Positions 39,577-48,671 of a DNA stretch of 64,000 nucleotides are shown one piece after another. Within the stretch, counting starts at the first letter, position 1. Every line of letters starts with the position of its first letter. The position numbers were made by a program, and so were the translations under genes. This DNA comes from Gammaproteobacteria bacterium (GTDB taxonomy: Bacteria; Pseudomonadota; Gammaproteobacteria; Ga0077536): positions 1,536,001 through 1,600,000 of the forward strand of contig CAXXLL010000002.1 in the NCBI GenBank assembly GCA_963662545.2, written 5' to 3'. The notes below the pieces were generated by a model. It was not told the DNA's origin. It was given only the letters and a program-made list of their open reading frames with translations, and did no database searches.

Positions 39577-40656
39577 ATGCACCAAGTCAACCATTCCAGA
39601 CCACCGAATAGGGTAACGCGACGACGGCGCGCGGGCGAAGATCCGGCGCAGGACTCGACATTTCGTCGCGACCACCACTTGTTTCGCGCACTGCGGGCGG
39701 AACTCGATGTCGCCGGTTGCTTTCGCGCCGCGCCGGCGCGCGCCATGGGTTACGGCGCCCTGATAGTCGGTGTCTATTCGGCCGCGTACGCGACGCTGCT
39801 CGCTGATCCGGACATTGCGCTGTGGCTGTGTGCGGTTGTGGCATTGTTGTTCGCCAACGTACACGCGGGAATTTTGGCGCACGAGGCGGGCCACGGCGCG
39901 CTCACGCGCAATCGACGCATCGCCGTGGCATTCGGCCAGGTGTTCAACACGCTGTTGACGGCGCTGTGTTACTCGCACTTCCAGCATATCCACCGCGCTC
40001 ACCACCCGCATTGCAACGACCGCGATCGCGATCCGGATATGCAGTCTGGGGTCTTCAGCATGTACACGGAGTCGGCGCGGCAGAAACGTGGGCTGGGAGG
40101 CTGGATCAGTCGGCACCAGGCAGTGCTGATCTGGATTCTCGTCTGGCTTCAGGGGTTCACGCTGAAGATCGACAGCCTGCAACACCTGCGGCGCAATCCC
40201 GACACCACTCGCGCGGATCACGTCCTCGTGACGCTGCACTATCTGATCTGGTTCATTCCACCGGTGCTAATCCTTGGCCCCACCGCTGCACTGACCAACT
40301 ACCTGGTGATGACACTGCTCATCGGGCCCTATCTCGGCGTGATATTTCTCGTCAACCACATCGGCACGCGCGTCATCGAACCCGACGAGCAACTCTCACA
40401 CTTCGAACACGAGATCGCCGTGACCCGCAACCTGGGCGATTCGCGCCTTCACGACCTCCTGTTCGGGGGGCTCAACCATCACATCGAGCACCACCTTTTC
40501 CCGACAATGCCGACGGCGCGACTGCGCAGTGCACGAAAAATCACTCGAGCATTCTGTGAATGCCACGGCATTGCATACCGGGAGATGTCTTGGTTCGCCG
40601 CGGTGGGCGAGGTCACGCGGCACTTCAAGGCGATGTCCGCCATCGTACCGCGGTGA
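39577..40656 (+). CDS. membrane fatty acid/acyl-CoA desaturase (front-end-like, no cytochrome b5)
   Basis: His boxes HEAGH, HRAHH, HHIEHHLFP; TM segments; GGGGAGG RBS. Confidence 0.88.
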   Translation: MHQVNHSRPPNRVTRRRRAGEDPAQDSTFRRDHHLFRALRAELDVAGCFRAAPARAMGYGALIVGVYSAAYATLLADPDIALWLCAVVALLFANVHAGILAHEAGHGALTRNRRIAVAFGQVFNTLLTALCYSHFQHIHRAHHPHCNDRDRDPDMQSGVFSMYTESARQKRGLGGWISRHQAVLIWILVWLQGFTLKIDSLQHLRRNPDTTRADHVLVTLHYLIWFIPPVLILGPTAALTNYLVMTLLIGPYLGVIFLVNHIGTRVIEPDEQLSHFEHEIAVTRNLGDSRLHDLLFGGLNHHIEHHLFPTMPTARLRSARKITRAFCECHGIAYREMSWFAAVGEVTRHFKAMSAIVPR

Positions 40657-40664
40657 CGGAACGC

Positions 40665-41513
40665 ATGCCCATGTTCCGCATACTCGTCCTTTGTGCGCTG
40701 CTCGCCACGTTGAATGCCTGCGCGGTGCGTGAGTTCTCGGCAAGGTTGATCGGTGATGCGGTAGCCGAGGGTCCCACAACCTTCGCCAGCGACGAAGACC
40801 CGGAACTGGTGCGTGAGGCAGCCCCGTTCAGTCTCAAACTGATTGAGAGCCTGCTGCAGGAAAACCCGCGTCACAAAGGCTTGCTACTCGCAGCGACGCG
40901 CGGTTTTACGCAGTACAGCTACGCGTTTGTGCAACTCGACGGCGATATGGCTGAAGACGTGGACCTCGCCCATGCCCGACGTCTGTTGGTGCGCGCGCGG
41001 TTGCTGTATCGCCGAGCGCGCGACTATGGACTGCGCGGCCTCGCCGAGGCACCCACGGACGTGGCGCTGCTTTACTGGACTGCTGTTTCCTGGGCCGCGC
41101 TCATCGGCCTTTCGCTGGACCAACCGGAGTTGATCGCTGACTTCCCGCGCGTGTGGGCCCTGAGTCAGCGCGCGCTCGAACTGGACGAAACCTTCGACCG
41201 GGGCGCGATCCACAGTTTGCTGATTCCCCTCGAAATGGCGCGTCCGGGTTCGGGGCAGCGGGCCGCGGCAAGTGCCCGCCGTCACTTCGCGCGTGCCGAG
41301 GAGTTGTCCGCGGGCACAGATGCGGCCCCGTATGTGGCACTCGCCGAAGCCGTGAGTGTCCCGCAGCAGCGTCGCGATGAGTTCGAACGGCTGCTTCTGA
41401 AGGCGCTCGCGATCGATCCGGCAAACAACCCCGAAAATCGCCTCGCGAATCTCATTGCACAGCGCAAGGCCCGCTGGCTGCGCGCCCGCGCCGAGCGGCT
41501 TTTCCTGGAATAA
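40665..41513 (+). CDS. TPAT TatT-like TPR lipoprotein
   Basis: Lipobox LNAC; DEDPELVREAAPFSLKLIESLL, FTQYSYAF, ALELDETF..G; upstream of DctP. Confidence 0.85.
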   Translation: MPMFRILVLCALLATLNACAVREFSARLIGDAVAEGPTTFASDEDPELVREAAPFSLKLIESLLQENPRHKGLLLAATRGFTQYSYAFVQLDGDMAEDVDLAHARRLLVRARLLYRRARDYGLRGLAEAPTDVALLYWTAVSWAALIGLSLDQPELIADFPRVWALSQRALELDETFDRGAIHSLLIPLEMARPGSGQRAAASARRHFARAEELSAGTDAAPYVALAEAVSVPQQRRDEFERLLLKALAIDPANNPENRLANLIAQRKARWLRARAERLFLE

Positions 41514-41524
41514 GGAGAACCACC

Positions 41525-42541
41525 ATGAAACCTCGAGTACTTGCGTTAGCGCTATCACTCTCGCTGCTCGCGCTGCCCTTAGTGCAGGCGTCCGACACAG
41601 TCAGGATACGCCTCGGAACACTCGCACCGCGCGGTAGCGCTTGGCATCAGAACCTGCTCGATATCGGCGCGGCCTGGCGTACCGTCCAGGGCCGGGAAGC
41701 GCAGTTCATCATCTACACGGACGGGTCCCAGGGCGGCGAGGCGGACATGGTGCGCCGCATGCGCATCGGTCAGCTAAATGCCGCCCTGCTAACGGTCGTT
41801 GGTCTCGCGGAGATTGATGATTCCGTCTCGGTACTGCAGAAGATGCCGCTGGTGTTTCGTTCCTGGGACGAGCTTGACTACGTACGCGACAAACTGCGAC
41901 CGGACCTCGAGCGGCGGATCCTGGACAAGGGATTCGTGGTCCTGTGTTGGGGCGACGCGGGGTGGGTGCGCTTCTTCTCGAGCCAGCCCGCTTTGCGTCC
42001 CGCGGATTATCGCCCGATGAAAGTTTTCGCCTGGGCGGGCGACGCGCCGCAGGCCGAAATCATGAAATCGCTCGGTTATCGCCCGGTAGTACTGGAAGTT
42101 GCCGACATCCTGCCGGCGCTCCAGACGGGGATGATCGACATGGTACCGAGCTCGCCCTTCTGGGCTCTGACTCTGCAACTTTATCCGCACGCGCCGCACA
42201 TGCTCGAACTCGATTGGGCACCGATAGTGGGTGCAATTGTCGTCACGCGACGGTTGTGGGATCAGTTATCAGGCGAGAGTCGGACCGCGTTGCGTGCGGG
42301 TGCCGAGGCGAGCGGCGTGCGCATGCGCGCGCTCAGCCGCCGCGAACAGCGCGAGTCGGTCAAGGCGATGCGCAAACGTGGCCTCGTTGTCCACACGCCG
42401 TCGTCGGAGGTGGAAGCCGAATGGCGCACCATGGCTGAATCGCTTTACCCGAAGATTCGCGGGCGCATGGTGGCGCAGGAATTGTTCGACCAGGTGATGA
42501 GCCTGTTGCGCGACTACCGCGCCATAGGGACTTCGCAGTGA
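41525..42541 (+). CDS. dctP: TRAP solute-binding protein (DctP/TatP type)
   Basis: Signal peptide; LGTLAPRGSAW, GGEADMVRRMRIGQL, ILPALQTGMID. Confidence 0.88.
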   Translation: MKPRVLALALSLSLLALPLVQASDTVRIRLGTLAPRGSAWHQNLLDIGAAWRTVQGREAQFIIYTDGSQGGEADMVRRMRIGQLNAALLTVVGLAEIDDSVSVLQKMPLVFRSWDELDYVRDKLRPDLERRILDKGFVVLCWGDAGWVRFFSSQPALRPADYRPMKVFAWAGDAPQAEIMKSLGYRPVVLEVADILPALQTGMIDMVPSSPFWALTLQLYPHAPHMLELDWAPIVGAIVVTRRLWDQLSGESRTALRAGAEASGVRMRALSRREQRESVKAMRKRGLVVHTPSSEVEAEWRTMAESLYPKIRGRMVAQELFDQVMSLLRDYRAIGTSQ

Positions 42542-44507
42542 TTGAAAACCTGATTCTCGCATTCGCGATGGTGTCCATGGCGCTGATTCCGGTAATCGAG
42601 ATCGGTTTGCGCGCCATGCTCGGCACCGGTATCGCCGGCGCGGCGTCTTTCACGCAACATTTAGTGCTCATCGTCGGTATGCTCGGCGCCGCCGTCGCGG
42701 CCCGCGAGGGCAGGCTCATTTCGCTGGCAGCGGTGCCGGCGATGCTTCGAGGACAATGGCTCGAAGTGGTGCGCCTTATTGCCGGCGCGGTCGCCGTCGT
42801 GGTCAGCGCGCTGCTCTGCGCGGCGAGTTTGCAACTCGTGCAAGCCGAGCGCGCGGGCGGTAACGTCATCGCCTACGGGATCCCGGTGTGGGTAGGGCAG
42901 GCCATTCTGCCGGTAGGTTTTGCTCTGATCGCCTGGCGGACTGCGCGTGCCGCCTCGCAACGGTGGCCGGTGCGAATCGCTCTCGTTGCTGCGGCTGCCG
43001 TCGCCGCCGTTGCTGCCGCCGACGGCATGCCCTTGACGGACAGCGTGGCGTGGGCCGCGATTGCGGTCTTGATCCTCGCCGCTGTGCTAGGTGCGCCGGT
43101 GTTCGCAGCTGTCGGCGGTACGGCGCTGCTACTCTTTTGGAGCGACGGTCTGCCGATCGCCGCAGTGGCACTCGATCACTACCGATTGGTCTTGAACCCT
43201 TCGCTGCCCATGCTTCCGCTGTTCGCGCTCGTGGGCTATCTCCTTGCGGAAGGCGGCGCACCACGGCGATTGATCCGCGTCTTCGAGGCGTTCTTCGGTG
43301 CTTCCAGCAGAGGTGCCGCTTTGGTCACTGTACTGGCCTGCGCGTTCTTCACCTGTTTCTCGGGAGCCTCCGGCGTCACTATCATCGCGCTTGGCGGCAT
43401 GCTGCTACCACTCCTGCTGAAGGCGGGCTACAAGGAAAAGCGCGCACTCGGGTTGCTCGCAGCTGCAGGATCGCTCGGCGGACTGCTGCCGCCTGGTCTA
43501 CCGCTGGTGCTGTATGCCGTCGTCGCCAGGATACCGATCCGTGACATGTTTCTCGCCGGCATAGTGCCCGCGTTGCTGATGCTGACCCTGGTTACGCTAT
43601 GGGGTACCGCGCGGGGCTCGAGACGTAACGATGTAAGGCATCTTAGATTTCCAAGTGAAGTGCAACAAACATAATGCTGGAGTCACGCGCAAATTGCGAG
43701 AATAAATCACGACGCGTATCGCGCAGCCTATTGTTCTACCTGCAGATTTTTCGTGATCCTCTTGCAAGCTATTGAGGAGCATGAAAAACCTGCGTGTTGC
43801 ACTTACTTTGTGAATCCGGGCATAGTATCAGCGGGCGCGAGGTGGCCGCGGCGCTGTACGACGCCAAGTGGGAACTTGCGTTGCCGCCGGTAGTGTTTCT
43901 TGCGCTTTTCACCGGGCTGGCCACACCCGTCGAGGCGGCGGCAGTCGCCGTCATCTACGCATTTGCCATCGAGGTGCTGGTTTACCGCGACCTGAGCGTG
44001 CGGCTGGACCTGCCCCGCGTTCTCAAGGAGTGCGGTTTGCTCGTCGGCGGAATCCTGTTGATTCTCGGCGTGGCACTAGGTCTCAGCAACTACCTGGTCG
44101 ATGCGCACATTCCGGTGCGCGCCGCGGAATGGGCCGTCGCCGTTCTGCCGGAGCGCTGGATGTTCCTTGTCGTACTGAACCTGTTTCTCGTCCTCGTCGG
44201 ATGTTTCCTGGACATTTTTTCAGCGATCGTTGTACTGGTGCCGCTGCTGCTACCACTGGCGAGCGCTTTCGGAGTGGATCCGATCCACCTGGGCATAGTC
44301 CTGCTCGTCAACCTGCAACTCGGATACCTGACGCCCCCGATCGGGATGAACCTGTATTTCACGGCCAGTCGTTTCAACAAACCCTTGCCGGAAATCTTCC
44401 GTGCCGCGCTTCCCGCCGTCGGCGTGTACGCAATGGGAATGGTCGCTGTCACTGCGTTGCCGCTCCTGTCCACCGGACTGCCACGTTTGCTAGGGAGTCA
44501 ACTGTGA
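42538..44507 (+). pseudogene. fused TRAP DctQ-DctM permease interrupted by a MITE
   Basis: DctM motifs FSGASGVTI, GSLGGLLPP, TPVEAAA, GYLTPPIGMNL; removing 182 bp restores frame (595 aa). Confidence 0.9.
43642..43820. mobile_element. 179-bp non-autonomous IS30-type MITE
   Basis: 26-bp imperfect TIRs sharing AAGTGCAACA; CAT target duplication at 43639-43641 and 43821-43823; no ORF. Confidence 0.85.
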
Positions 44508-44628
44508 ACGCCGATCCGGTTCAGCGTTCCCACCCGCAGCATCGCCCTTACGGTCGGCACGCGTGCGGTTCGACTCCACGAACAGCGGTCCACGTCGTAC
44601 ATGGCACACATCTACGAGGGTTCGCCGA

Positions 44629-46104
44629 ATGAGCAAGACCGAACAAGAAGTCATAGTCGTGGGCGCCGGCCTGGCCGGACTCGCCGTCTCCTACTACCTT
44701 GCGCGCCAGAATATCTCGCACCTGATACTGGAAAAGTCGCGCCGGGTCGGCGGGATCTGGAGTTCGATGCACTGGCCGGGTCTGCGTTGCGACACCGAGA
44801 TTCAGAACTACTCCTACAGTTTCAACCCGTTCATCTCGTCGCAATACCTGGTGTCGGGAGAAACGATCGCGAAATATCTGCGCTCGACTGCGCAAGGATT
44901 CGGGATGATGGAACGAGTTTGTTTTGATACGCGGGTCGAGCGCGCGCAATTCTGCAGCCGGGATGCGCGTTGGACCCTGACGACCAATCGTGGCGTATTT
45001 CGTACCCGTTTCCTCGTCAACGCTAACGGCTATTTCGATGATCGCCCCTATATCCCCGAACTTGTTAACCGCGATGTATTTGCAGGTGAGGTCGAACACC
45101 TGTTCGACTTGCACGATGTGGCGAGACTACGCAACCGGCGCGTCCTGCTGGTTGGTAGCGGAGCCTCGGCGATTTCCGCAACGCCGGCTATCGCTGCGGC
45201 CAGCAAATCGTTGACTCTGCTGCAGCGTTCGCCTTCATATATCTACGAGCAGGACAATCGCATCGGGCTATTCGCGGACCTTGCCCAGCGCTGCTACTGC
45301 AGGGGTTATCCAATGGTGCTCAGAGTCTACAACTTTCTGCTGCAGCTCAAGTACGACCTGCTCTTCGTAACGTTCCGTGCAGCGCCGTGGGTCGGCCGAC
45401 TCTTCTTTCGTAATCATTGGAGAAAGTCGGTGAGTGGGCGGACCTATGCCAAGCAATTCACGCCGAGTTACAACCCGTGGGAGCAACGCATTCCTGTGGC
45501 TCTAGGGTTGCGCAAACTGCTTGAGACGAACGCGATCGACGTCGTTACCGGCAACATTGAACGCTTCGATCGAACTGGTGTTCGCCTCACCGATGGCCGC
45601 CGAATCGAGGTCGATCACTGCGTACTCGCCACCGGCTTCAACCTCAATTTCTTCCGTTTCGAACTAGCCGTGGACGGTCGTGATGTCGATACCCGACGGA
45701 TCAACTTCTACAAAGGAATGATGATGGGTGGTATCCCGAACTACTTCCAGCCCTTCGGATCGCCGCATACGTCATTTACCCGTCGCATTGAAACCGTGTC
45801 AAAGCTGATCGTGCGGATTCTGTGCCACATGCACCAGCGCGGTCTGGATACGGTATCGATTCCGCGCCGAAGCATCCGCCAGAATCCGCGCATCACGCCG
45901 GGGTACATCATGCGCGATTTGCCTCGTCTGCCGGCGTTTCATGGATCGCTTGAATTGCCTTCGATTGATAACCTGCTGTTTTATCGCTTTCGGCCGCGCA
46001 GTTATCGATTCGGCAAGATCGATGAACGACCATCTGCCAACGCGATTGTGGACATGCCGCAGATTGATAGCGACCAAGCTCGGGAATGGAATTATGGAAG
46101 CTGA
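44629..46104 (+). CDS. flavin-containing monooxygenase (EthA/AlmA/BVMO-like)
   Basis: GAGLAG, GGIW...WPGLRCD, FAGEVEH, GSGASA, LQRSPSY, ATGF. Confidence 0.88.
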   Translation: MSKTEQEVIVVGAGLAGLAVSYYLARQNISHLILEKSRRVGGIWSSMHWPGLRCDTEIQNYSYSFNPFISSQYLVSGETIAKYLRSTAQGFGMMERVCFDTRVERAQFCSRDARWTLTTNRGVFRTRFLVNANGYFDDRPYIPELVNRDVFAGEVEHLFDLHDVARLRNRRVLLVGSGASAISATPAIAAASKSLTLLQRSPSYIYEQDNRIGLFADLAQRCYCRGYPMVLRVYNFLLQLKYDLLFVTFRAAPWVGRLFFRNHWRKSVSGRTYAKQFTPSYNPWEQRIPVALGLRKLLETNAIDVVTGNIERFDRTGVRLTDGRRIEVDHCVLATGFNLNFFRFELAVDGRDVDTRRINFYKGMMMGGIPNYFQPFGSPHTSFTRRIETVSKLIVRILCHMHQRGLDTVSIPRRSIRQNPRITPGYIMRDLPRLPAFHGSLELPSIDNLLFYRFRPRSYRFGKIDERPSANAIVDMPQIDSDQAREWNYGS

Positions 46105-46876
46105 CTGGATGCATGATCGTGCTGACGGAGAGTCGGCCCGCCAGTTCGCACAGCACCGGGGCTGGGGCTTCAAACCATTCTGGTTGGTTGCATGTCTGAT
46201 ATCCGTGCCGCTGGTGGCCAGTCTTTTCTGGTGGCTCGGTACTCGTTTCTTCGATTCGGAGCTGAGCTTCATCGAGTTTCACCAGTTTGGCGTCGTGCTC
46301 GCCGCAGTAGTTGCCGGCGCCTATCAATTGTATTTCTGGGTGCAGCGCAACAATCGGCATGTTGCCACGCGCTGCATGCGGACGCCGATCGACGATCACA
46401 TTCCCTTCTGGCCGAGCTGGGTTTGGTTTTACAGTTTTTTCTATTTCATCGTGATCGGTCTGACCGTAGTGTCGATTCGCGACCTGGCTCATGGCGTGCA
46501 CCTCATCTTTGGCGGCGTGATGCTGGTGGTGATCGGCTCGGTGATCTTCTACGTCTTTCCGACCGAAGTTCCCAATTCGTACCGCCGCTTCGAGATCACC
46601 GGCCTGGCGACGCGCTACCTCGCGTTCATCCAGTCGATGGACAATAGTCGCAATGCGTTTCCAAGTATGCATTGCGCGATCGCGACGTACATCGGGCTAG
46701 TCGTGAGCAGCCTGCCGGACATTGGCGCATGGCTTGGCATCGGTCAGGTCGTGACGATCGCAATCAGCTGTGTCGTGGTCAAACAGCACGTGCTCGTCGA
46801 CACCGTTGCCGGTATCGCCCTGGGCGCGGTCGTGTACTACCTCAATTTCGGCCTGACGTTGTTATTGTCAGTTTGA
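46094..46876 (+). CDS. PAP2-superfamily membrane enzyme (inositol-phosphorylceramide synthase/Aur1-like)
   Basis: TPIDDHIPF, D...NAFPSMH, KQHVLVD; multiple TM helices. Confidence 0.75.
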   Translation: MEADWMHDRADGESARQFAQHRGWGFKPFWLVACLISVPLVASLFWWLGTRFFDSELSFIEFHQFGVVLAAVVAGAYQLYFWVQRNNRHVATRCMRTPIDDHIPFWPSWVWFYSFFYFIVIGLTVVSIRDLAHGVHLIFGGVMLVVIGSVIFYVFPTEVPNSYRRFEITGLATRYLAFIQSMDNSRNAFPSMHCAIATYIGLVVSSLPDIGAWLGIGQVVTIAISCVVVKQHVLVDTVAGIALGAVVYYLNFGLTLLLSV

Positions 46877-46960
46877 TGTCATGCGCTTTCGGCATCGATC
46901 CCCCATCCGCTGCTACCTTGTCAGCCGAGCGAGAGTCAAAGGAAGCAAAGGGGACAGTTT

Positions 46961-48314
46961 CTGAAGGCTCCCCATGAATACAACAAAAAAACGAATGGGA
47001 AATAGCCATTTAGGAAAATAAATAACGAACAATAGGGAACATGCATGACGCTCGGTGATCAATAACGGTGACGAAACCCAATGGGTCACGGGAGAACGCC
47101 ATGCATGCACTGAGATTGTTGCACAAAATGATGGCGCAAGCCTGTCCGCAGATACACGCGGTAAGGCTAACGGCATTGATGGCGAGCGTTGAGGCGCTGC
47201 TGGTAGGTCGTCAGATGAGCTTAGCCGGTCTTGGTCGCGCCATGGTGTCGGGGGCGCGAGTCAAGCACAACATCAAGCGAGTCGACCGGTTAATTGGCAA
47301 CCGTCATCTGTGGGGAGAACGAACGGAACTCTATGGGGCGATGGCGGGGCTGGTGCTTGGACAAGGACCACGTCCGGTAATTATTCTGGACTGGTCGGAT
47401 ATGCGCGAAGATCGGTCATGGCAGTTGTTGCGTGCGGCGGTTCCGGTGGGAGGCCGTTCACTGACGCTCTACGAAGAAGTACATCCCTTGTCGGCGTATG
47501 ACAACCGGGGTGTCAGGAAACGGTTTCTAGACCGTCTTCGAGAGATCTTACCACCGGGGTGTCGCCCGCTCTTAGTCACGGATGCCGGCTTCCGGACGAC
47601 TTGGTTTAGACAGGTCGAAGCGATGGGTTGGGACTGGGTCGGTCGGGTCCGCGGGCGCACCCATTTCCGGCTGGACAACCAGGCAAGCTGGCAACCGTGC
47701 CGGACGTTGCATGCGATGGCCAACTCACGTGTGCGGCATATCGGGACAGTCGAACTAACGGTATCGAATCCATTGGCCTGTGACCTGTACCTGGTGAAGA
47801 AGAAAAAGCGTGGCCGTCAACAACTGACCTGCCGCGGCACGCGTGCCCGTGGTGGCCGCAGCCTTAGCTGTGAACGACGCCAGCGCGAACCCTGGATATT
47901 GGTCACCTCACTGGGGTCGCGCGCGGCCCAGCAGGTGATGCGGTGTTATCAGTTGCGCATGCAAATTGAGGAGAGTTTCCGGGATATGAAAAATGCCCGT
48001 TTGGGACTGCACTTCCGCAGCGCGCGTTCCAACAGCGCCGAGCGGCTCTCGATCCTCGTCCTGATTGGTACGTTGGCAACATTAGTCGCTTGGTTAGTCG
48101 GCCAAGCGATGCAGCGTTTCGGGCTGCAGCGCCATTACCAAGCGAATACAACCCGGCATCGGCCGGTACTCTCCACCGTCTTTCTGGGCTTGCAAAGTTT
48201 TCGCAGGCAACCCGTAAAGCTTATGCTGGCGGACATCAAGCAATCGATTATCGCCTTACATCAAATTACTTCAATCCCGTTGAGTTATGCGTGAATTTCG
48301 TGGGGATCCTTCAG
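46961..48314 (+). mobile_element. IS4-family (IS10-like) insertion sequence
   Basis: TIRs CTGAAGGCTCCCC / GGGGATCCTTCAG; 9-bp TSD GGACAGTTT / GGACAGATT (one mismatch). Confidence 0.9.
47101..48294 (+). CDS. IS4-family transposase
   Basis: KHNIKRVDRLIGN, ILDWSD, TDAGF, YQLRMQIEESFRDMK (YREK motif). Confidence 0.93.
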   Translation: MHALRLLHKMMAQACPQIHAVRLTALMASVEALLVGRQMSLAGLGRAMVSGARVKHNIKRVDRLIGNRHLWGERTELYGAMAGLVLGQGPRPVIILDWSDMREDRSWQLLRAAVPVGGRSLTLYEEVHPLSAYDNRGVRKRFLDRLREILPPGCRPLLVTDAGFRTTWFRQVEAMGWDWVGRVRGRTHFRLDNQASWQPCRTLHAMANSRVRHIGTVELTVSNPLACDLYLVKKKKRGRQQLTCRGTRARGGRSLSCERRQREPWILVTSLGSRAAQQVMRCYQLRMQIEESFRDMKNARLGLHFRSARSNSAERLSILVLIGTLATLVAWLVGQAMQRFGLQRHYQANTTRHRPVLSTVFLGLQSFRRQPVKLMLADIKQSIIALHQITSIPLSYA

Positions 48315-48322
48315 GGACAGAT

Positions 48323-48510
48323 TTATTTGGCAGGTTGCTTGGGTTGATTGCCGGGCGCCCGGTGTTCGATGCGCCGACCAATTATCTGCTCCACTTGGTC
48401 AATAAACCGATTGTCCCCGGTTAGTTGCCCTCGCTGTAGCGCCGTTCTAAACAATGAGAGTTCTTCTTCAGGCAACCCTTGCTCGACAAAAGAAATATAT
48501 CTGCATAGGG
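48323..48510 (-). pseudogene. C-terminal fragment of a REP-associated tyrosine transposase (RAYT)
   Basis: Y..FVEQG...FRTALQRGQLTGDNRFIDQVEQIIGRRIEHRAPG.P followed directly by AAATAAATCTGTCC. Confidence 0.7.
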
Positions 48511-48572
48511 ATCCGGGGTCGGATCTTGCGTTTTGCCTACGCGTTAGCAAAAGGCAAGATCTGACCCCGGAT
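48511..48572. repeat. REP hairpin with ~26-bp arms
   Basis: ATCCGGGGTCGGATCTTGCGTTTTGC..GCAAAAGGCAAGATCTGACCCCGGAT. Confidence 0.8.
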
Positions 48573-48671
48573 TTCCTCCGATTATATGGCGCGGATACGC
48601 GCAACGTACGCGGGTTTAAGGGTGGCTCGCTTGTTAGCGGGCCGGCGGCTATTATCACTTGCGGGAGGGTA

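Noticed and set aside
48348-48671. 108-aa N-terminal extension of the molybdoenzyme
   Set aside because: Runs through the RAYT remnant and REP hairpin; a good RBS precedes ATG 48672.
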